Below, piece after piece: positions 53,721 through 64,000 of a stretch of 64,000 nt of DNA. The position numbers and the translations under genes are program-made. Below the pieces are notes generated by a model, which worked only from the letters and a program-made list of their open reading frames with translations, was not told where the DNA came from and searched no databases. Position 1 is the stretch's first letter, and every line of letters begins with the position of its first letter. Source of the DNA: the human T2T-CHM13v2.0 reference genome, Homo sapiens; the NCBI RefSeq assembly GCF_009914755.1, contig NC_060939.1; one strand, written 5' to 3'.

Positions 53721-55034
53721 TATCGTATGTGTTTTTTTGTACTGTGGCCCTTTGAAGGCTATAAACCATTATAGTGTCTAAGTTTTTTTTTTCTTTTTTT
53801 TGGCCACCCTCCCTCCTGCACCAAGAACCAGTTTTTGCCCCTTTTAAGTGCAACATTACCTCTGCTAAAATGCATGAAGTAGAGGACAGAGAAATAGTGA
53901 AGAAGTAGCTGGTAAGATAGGAGAAAGGCCAGTACAGAGTGGTAGAATGAAGTCAAGAGAGGGTGAAGATTGTTAGAAGAAAGGAGAAAGGGTATTGAAT
54001 ACTGGAGAATACTCTCTTTATGACTTGGCAGTGTGGTTATTGTGACCTTCATCAAACCGTGTCACTGCAGTGATGAGATGGAAATGGAGTGGTGAGTTGA
54101 AGAGTATCTGGGAGGCAAGGAAATGGAGCCTCAAGGGCAGAAAACTTTTGAGAAGTTTGGGTACAAATGGGTATGGGAAGTGGGTAAGGAGTAGGAAAAG
54201 GCTTAATGGAGAACATGTGACTTGTATCCGGCTTTGAAGCATAGTTAGAATCTATGCTGTTGTAAAGAATAGGAAAGGTTGTTTGAGGGTTAGTTGGAAA
54301 CTATCTTAAGCTCAAGCTAGAGGTGGAAATATGTAAGGCATATTGAAGGAACAGTGTATGTGTCTAATTTGACTATAGTTGGTAAATCTGCATGTTGTAT
54401 AGTTAGAGAAATAGAGATTGGATTAAGTAGATTGTGGCAAGACAGTCTTGTGAGCCAGGCAGGAAGTTTGAATTTACTGTAATAGGATGCTTAATCTATT
54501 TTAGTTTCCTAAATGGGATAATAACAAGTTAAATGTAGTTTCATTTTGTTTTGTTTTTTGAAACTGGGTCTCTCTCTGTTGCCCAAGCTGGAGTGCAGTG
54601 GCACGATCTTGCTCACTGCAACCTCTGCCTCCCAGGTTCAAGCAATTCTCTTGCCTCAGCCTCCTGAGTAGCTGGGATTATAGGCACCGCCACCATGCCC
54701 AGCTAATTTTTGTATTTTTCGTAGAGATGGGGTTTCCCCATGTTGGCCGGGCTGGTCTTGAATTCCTGACCTCAAGTGATCCACCTGCCTTGGCCTCCGG
54801 AAGTGCTGGGATTATAGGCATTAGCCACTGCACCTGGCCATTTATATATAACTATATATAATTTAAGTAATGAGTTACATGTATTTCTGACCCTGTTTCC
54901 TATCCAGCTCTTCCATATCCATCCACTCTCCACCCTACTTTCCTTGTTCTCAGATGGAATTGTGTAAGGCAGATTGAGTCAAATTGGACTCATTTACTAT
55001 TCTTTCTTAGATCATTGCCATATATCACCTAAAC

Positions 55035-55652
55035 CTGCACTGAAGAATATAGTAGCCACTAGGTACATGTGGTTATTGAGTCCTTGAAATGTGGCCAGTG
55101 TGAATTGAGATGTTCTGTAAATGTAAAATATACACTGGATTTCAAAGATTTGGTTAAAAAAGAATATCAGTAATTTAAAAATATTGATTGTTGAAATGTT
55201 CATGTACTAAGTTAAATAAAATATATTATTAAGATTAATTTTGCCAGGTGTGATGGCTCATGCCTTTTATCCCAGCACTTCACGAGACTGAGGCAGGCAG
55301 ATCACTTGAGCTCAGGAGTTCAAGACCAGCCTGGGCAACATGGCAAAACCCTATCTTTACAAAAAATTTAAAAAATTAGCCATGTGTGATGATGCTTACC
55401 AGTAGTCCCTGCTGCTCAGGAGGTTAAGGCAGCAGGATCACTTGAGCCTGGAAGTTCAAGGCTGCAGTGAGCCATGTTTGTGCCACTGTACTCCAGCCTG
55501 GGTGACAAAGTGAGACCCTATCTCAAACAAACAAACAAAAAAGATTAATTTTACCTGTTTATTTTGACCTTTATTAATGTGGCTGCTAGAAAATTTAAAA
55601 TTACATTTGAGCTCAAATTCGTGGCTTGCATTATATTTCAACTGGACAGTGT
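55035..55652. mobile_element. MER33-like element interrupted by an Alu
   Basis: gtagccactaggtacatgtggttattgag...aatgtggctgctagaaaatttaaaattaca...tggacagtg. Confidence 0.7.
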
Positions 55653-56190
55653 TAAACTGTGCTGCCACTCCATAGCTCTTATCTTCATTCTGGCTCTACT
55701 TTCTGTGCTATAACAAGTTGATACCATTTACCTAACCTCTTCCCTGCTCGTTATCACTAGCACTCTACTTGACTTTGTCTGCATACCTTCTGAGACAAAA
55801 TGAGCTCTTTTGCCATGAGTTCTGCAAATGAAGAGATACAGTTGTGGTGGCAGAGAACCGATGAGCAGAGCCATAAGTGCAGAAGTACTAATAGTACAAA
55901 GGATGAGATTGGTGCAAAAATAAAGCCATCACAAAATTGTAATGCCTCTGTTTTACAGAAGAGGAAAGCAATGTTCAGAGGGGTTAATGTGCTGTCTCCA
56001 TCTGGGCACCTTCTATGATTTAAAGTATGCTGAAAAGCTCATATGCTCAAAAATACATCCCTCTTACACCTCTACAATCCCAAAGTGTTTTTGATGTAAT
56101 ATTTGAAAGTTCCTCTACTTGTGTTTTTCTTTCTTTTCTTTTTTTCTTCCCGAGATGGAGTCTTGCTCTTTCGCCCAGGCTGGAGTATAA

Positions 56191-56322
<132 letters not shown>

Positions 56323-56468
56323 TAGTAGAGATGGGATTTGTCTATGTTGGCCAGGCTGATCTCGAACTCCTGACCTCGTGATCCACCCACCTTACACTCT
56401 CAAAGTGCTGGGACTACAGGCGTGAGCCACCACACCCAGACCTTTTCTTGCCTTTTTTAATGCAGTAA

Positions 56469-56711
<243 letters not shown>

Positions 56712-57398
56712 TGATCCGCCCGCCTTGGCCTCCCAAAGTGCTGGGATTACAGACGTCAGCCACCACGCCCAGCAATCCAGTAAATATTCACTGAGCATGT
56801 ATTGTGAGCTAGTTATTTGGAGGTGTCAACATGTAGTTAGTGGGGCTGTGTAAGTATACTCTAACCACGAAAATGTCAGCATGGGATTTTTCTTGGAAAG
56901 AGTAATAAAAAGTTAACACATCTTGGTATGTTAAATTTATCTAACTCTTAGCTAGCAAAGCCCTGAGGAAGCAGAACATAGGACAGATAATTTTAATAAG
57001 GAAAAGGAAAAATTAGGAAATAGCTAGACCTGGTGTAGCTAAAGAGGTTTGGGAATCACTGGTGAGAGGACTTAGCTACTAGGGACATGTAAAAGTAATA
57101 TTTTGATGGGAGGTGGGGGAGAAGTGAACAAGAATGATGTAGGCAAAGAAATTCTGAAGGCTCTGCCTCACCAAAAGTAAACTTTATTCAGGGCCAGTCG
57201 TGCCAGAACAAATGTTCAATTTTCTAAGCTATTTAGATGTTCTGTTGAGATTACTCCATTTCTCTGGAGAAAAAAGAGATGTTTTTGAGTTAAAAAGCAA
57301 ACACGGCTGGGCGCGGTGGCTCACGCCTGTAATCCCAGCACTTTGGGAGGCCGAGGCAGGCGGATCACGAGGTCGGGAGATCGAGACCATCCTGGCTA

Positions 57399-57665
<267 letters not shown>

Positions 57666-58672
57666 CTAGCTGAAGTACCCCAAGGAAATGGGAATTTTGA
57701 TTGGCAAAGGTTAGAGGAGAAGAAGTGAATTTCAATCTGGAAATTTCTGTCACTAGAATATGAGAGCAGAGCCAGACATGGACGTGGCTTTTTGAAGGGC
57801 TTTGGCATAGAGAAAGAAACACGATACCTAGGAAGTGTTAGGAAGTGTAATAAAGTAAGGTGTGGAAGAGATGTAGGGAGAAGGCAGGAAATGGGCAGGA
57901 ATATGAAACTCAACATAAACTGGAATGTATATTGTGACTTCAGCCATCTAAAATTGTTAGTATGATGATGAGACTGGCGGGGGCGCATAGTTAAGAAAAA
58001 TAATAGAGATGGTGGCATTGTCTTACTTTTAAAAAATTATTTTATCTTTTGAATATAAATACGCTATAAAGCGAGGTCAATGTTGAAGCATTTTAATTTC
58101 GCCCAGAGTTGCCTGTATTTCCTTTTTTCCAAATGTTCACCTGGTATAAGCTAACTTATGCCAAGCCCTCTCTTCCATTTTTTTGGCCTAAAGTAGCTAT
58201 CAAATTTTGGTTTCTTGTTTTCTGTTTATTTAGAATATCCCATTAGTAGCAAGGTTTTCTTAATTCTTTCCTTGAAATTTTTTCTCTTTCTGTATGCTCA
58301 TATTTCACAACCTGATTTACCTGCAAACTGTATCATTCTTTGTCCCTAAATTAGCCTACATATCAGTGTACTTTTCCTAAAGCATCAATTTCATTCTTCA
58401 CTCCTCTACTTAAAAGTATAAAGATCCCTGTGATCTTTTATAGTCAGCCAAACTTATCAGCATATTATTTAGGATTTTCTAAAATCTGTTCAAGTTTACT
58501 CATTCAACCATGTTTGCCACTACTTTACAATATAAATCTTTTGTATTAACTCTTTGTATAAGCTGTTCGTGTGACATGATCTTTCTTATATGTGCTTTCT
58601 CCATTCATTCTTCCCCTCAAAAGATGCTTTTTCTCCCATTGCCATTCCAAGTTTTGCTCATTTTTCTGCATC

Positions 58673-59311
<639 letters not shown>

Positions 59312-59392
59312 TAAGAAAAGATAGGCCAGGAACGGTGGCTCATGCCTGTGATCCCAACACTTTGGGAGGCTGCAACATGGCAAGACCCCATC

Positions 59393-59427
<35 letters not shown>

Positions 59428-59649
59428 TGATAATTATATAGGTAGAAAATTCAAAGAAAAAAGTATGTACATACAGTTAATACATAATTTGAAAGATAAT
59501 ACGTAGATTTAAAAGTATTAAAATTGTGATCCATATTTTTAAAAGGTACTACATATATTTAAAAGTTGCCACATATACCAAAAGGTTATACATATATTTA
59601 AAAGGTGATACCAAATAAAAACTCGTATATAAAAATACCATCTTTTTAA

Positions 59650-59985
<336 letters not shown>

Positions 59986-60328
59986 TGATAATACCCATTG
60001 TTGGTGAGGTAATCAGAAATAGTTATATTGTTGACAGCAGTGAAATTTGTTATAACCTTTGGGACCTTTATACATAATAACATGGAATGATGCTGAAATA
60101 TAAAATGGAAGTAAAAAGTTCAAAGCACTATAGTATATACATTGAAAAAATATTTGACGTGATAGGAAAAGTTAACATTGATTTTCTCTGGGTAGGATTG
60201 GGGAGTCAATTTTATATGTCAACTATAGCTACAGTGTTTTAACATTTATAATTAAGATCTATTACTTTTGTAATCAGAAAAACAAGTTTTTAAAAGGCAA
60301 TTTTACAATTCTTTTTTTTTTTTTACAG

Positions 60329-60393
60329 GAGATTACATGCTTGATGCAAAGCCAAAAGAAATTTCAGAAATTCAACGTTTAAATTATGAACAG
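60329..60393 (+). CDS. MINDY2: MINDY2 coding exon 3 ((G)DYMLDAKPKEISEIQRLNYEQ)
   Basis: Poly-T acceptor ttttacag|, donor CAG|gtaata. 65 nt, phase matches exon 2; cumulative CDS 963 nt. The gene continues beyond the window. Confidence 0.95.
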
Positions 60394-61263
60394 GTAATAA
60401 ACAGTTTTTGTTAAAGTATATAATTTTAAAGTTTAAATATATACATTGGTTTCTATTAGTAGCTGGCAGCATTTTTCTATAAAGGATTAGATAGTAAACA
60501 CTTTAGACTTTGCAAGCCACATGTGGTCAGTCTCTATTACATATTCTTTGTTTTCTTTTTTTATGCCTCTTTAAAAATATAAAATCCATTTTTAGCTCAC
60601 AGCCAGATTTTTCCTTTTTTTCTCATTTTTTTCTCAGTATTTTTCCTTTTTTTTCTCATTCCATGAGAGATCAAACCTAGTGTTTTTCTTGAAAAATTGA
60701 CTTCCAGGTCAATTTGTCATTGATGTATCTGTCCTCATTTTATTTATATTTTACAATTAAGTTATGTTCAGGAGAAAGTTGAACAAATGATGTATATGGT
60801 ATGTCATTAGGACAAGTTTTGCTATTTGATAGTTTCAGTATCCACATTTCTTGGCATGTTCTTTAGAGATCCTGTTCTGCAATGTAGGAGGTATCACTAG
60901 GCTTAAAATTATTGGTGCTGGAAAAAAGCAAGCGGAGCTTCATTTTCTTCAGTATTCTTCCTTTACTTGGTAATAGAAGGCAAGAAGGAATTGGCTTCTT
61001 AGAGTGGAAGGAAGTATTAGCCAGGGAAGAAAGAGACATCGTTGGAACCTTCATATTTACTTTCAAAGCAACCTTTTTTAACATACTTTCACCAGTATCA
61101 AATTTGCAAAAAGAAAGCATAACTCATTTGTCTTGCAAAATTTCTTGAATTTAATGTTCAGATAATCTAGTCTTAATAAAATTTGAAAAATCAACAAGTT
61201 GGCTGGGCGTGGTGGCTCAAGCCTGTAATCCCAGCACTTTGGGAGGCCGAGGTGGGCAGATCA

Positions 61264-61572
<309 letters not shown>

Positions 61573-61936
61573 CTATAATCCCAGCACTTTGGGAGGCCAA
61601 GGTGGATGGGTCACTTGAGGCCAGGAGTTCGAGACCAGCTGTTCAACATGGAAAAACCCCACCTCTACTAAAAATACAAAAATTGGCCGAGTGTAATAGC
61701 ATGTACCTGTAGTCCCAGCTATTCAGGAGGTTGAGGCATGAGAATTGCTTGAACCAGGGAGGCGGAGGTTGCAGTGAGCCGAGATTGCGTCACTACACTC
61801 CGTCCTGGGCAGCAGAGGGAGACTCTGCCTCAGAAAATAAGAGGCCGGGCGTGGTGGCTCACGCCTGTAATTCCAGCACTTTGGTAGGCCAAGGCAGGCG
61901 GATCACGAGGTCAGGAGATTGAGACCATCCTGGCTA

Positions 61937-62173
<237 letters not shown>

Positions 62174-62821
62174 CTAAAGCCAGATTTGTATTCTAAGTGA
62201 TTTAAATTTTATCAGGGGAATTTGTATCTTAAAACAGTGATATTTAAACATTTTTAGCAATAGAAACCTCTTTTCAAATGAAATCTCATCCCAGCTTCCA
62301 ATATATAAAACCAGTACATGATAAGTATAAAGTGATAAAGTTTAATTTATATCATGTATTTATGAAATTTATATCATTTCTTACTGAAATCATGAAGCTA
62401 TTTTTATTAAAAACTTAAAATTAGGGACTGCGGATGATAGCTGCAGTCTGATGTCAACCTCCAAATTCATTTTACTTTCGTTGCCTAATCCTGAGAAAAT
62501 CTTGATTGAAATGAGAAAATCTTAATTTTCGTGTTTGCAAGCACCAGGCGTGGTGGCTCATGCCTGTAATCCCAGCACTTTGGGAGGCCAAAGCAGGCGG
62601 ATTGCTTGAGCCCAGTAGTGAGACCAGCCTGGGCAACATGGCAAAACCCTGTCTCTACAAAAAATACAAAACGTTTGCCAGGCATGGTGGCACACGCCTA
62701 TAGTCCCAGCTACTTGGGAGGCTGAGGTCAGAGGATCGCTTGAGCCCAGGAGGCAGAGGTTGCTGTGAGCCAAATCACACCACTGCATTCCAGCCTGGAC
62801 AACAGAGTGAGACCCTGTTAC

Positions 62822-62853
<32 letters not shown>

Positions 62854-64000
62854 CTGTTTGCAGCCAGTTACAGTGGTTCACAGCTGTAATTCCAGGTACT
62901 CAGGAGACTGAGGCAGGAGGATTACTTGAGCCTAGGAGTTCAAGACCAATCCGGGTGTGATATAGTAAGACTCCATCTCAAAAAATTAGGAAAGAAAGAA
63001 AAATAAAAATGCTTGCAAATGTTATCAGCATTTGGTTTAAGTCCATCTTGCATTGGAATACACTCCCATTACACTGATCAGGATTCTTGAAGGGAATTTG
63101 GAATATTGGCTCAAAGTTGAAACAAAGGATATCTAACAACTGCTTGCATTTCTCATAAACATATCAGGCAAAAAGTACCCTGCTTTTAAAATAAACAATG
63201 AAACTATAAGGTGTTATTATTACATTACTGTTTTGAAAATAGTGTATGTCAAGCTTATATGGCTGGGCTGAGTCTAAGCTAATGTGTAATGTTCCACAAG
63301 TGTGATGTAATAGTGTTCTTTTTTGTGTAATTTTACGTGAACAGATGTCTTCAAACCTAATTTTAGAAAGACCAACACAGAGCTGCAATATTCCCATTTA
63401 AAACTCTTTACCAGAAGTTGTAATGTAAGCAAAGAGCCTATTTTTTCCAGTTTTGTCTAATAGTGTACTGACAGCACAAGAAAACATGATGTGTGTATTC
63501 ATAACAAATTTTTAATGAGTGCAAATATATTCTTAAAATATATTTTGTATTTAAATTTAAAATATTTGACCATGTTAAAAGTTCATTTGAAAAGAGTTCT
63601 AAGAAACAGTTTAACCATTGCCTTAAAGGATCCACTAGTACTCCCTTCTTGTGAGGTAAGCAACCATAGCTCACATTTATATTTTGTAATATTAAGTATA
63701 ATTTGGAATTAGGAACAAAGTGGCAAAATACTTACCCAAGAGTTTAAAACCCTTTTAAAATAAGTTTGTTTGGTTTATCAGTTGTTGTTTTTTATTAAGA
63801 CAGAGTCTCGGCTGGGCACAGTGGCACATGCCTGTAATCCCAGCACTTTGGGAGGCTGAGGCGGGGGGATCACAAGGTCTGGAGATCGAGACCATGCTGG
63901 CTAACACAGTGAAACCCCATCTCTACTAAAAATACAAAAAATTAGCTGGGCGTGGTGGCACGTACTGTGGTCCCAGCTACTCGAGAGGCTGAGGCAGATG

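Overview
Human-type (primate, very Alu-rich) genomic DNA holding the divergent 5' ends of two genes about 21 kb apart. ADAM10 is on the minus strand: exon 1 encodes the signal peptide (CDS 7459-7513), and positions 1-7458 are intron 1. MINDY2/FAM63B is on the plus strand with coding exons at 29385-30224, 45903-45960 and 60329-60393. This matches the known chr15q21-22 locus. Each gene has its own CpG-island promoter. The intergenic region holds an Alu-interrupted ATP5L/ATP5MG processed pseudogene, a full-length U3 snoRNA retrocopy and an LTR13A-like solo LTR with a 6-bp target-site duplication (TSD). Almost all other ORFs in the supplied track are Alu or GC-rich artefacts. I see no new protein-coding system. 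The most unusual structures are: (1) a TSD-flanked, ~590-bp inverted templated copy (Alu + unique DNA + Alu arm) of a segment 11 kb away in the same MINDY2 intron, placing complementary blocks near both ends of intron 2; (2) a duplicated ~115-bp hairpin unit in ADAM10 intron 1; (3) a very recent ~140-bp tandem duplication upstream of the ADAM10 promoter; (4) uORF and G-quadruplex architecture in both 5'UTRs. Repeat subfamily names and reference comparisons come from recalled consensus sequences, not from a search.
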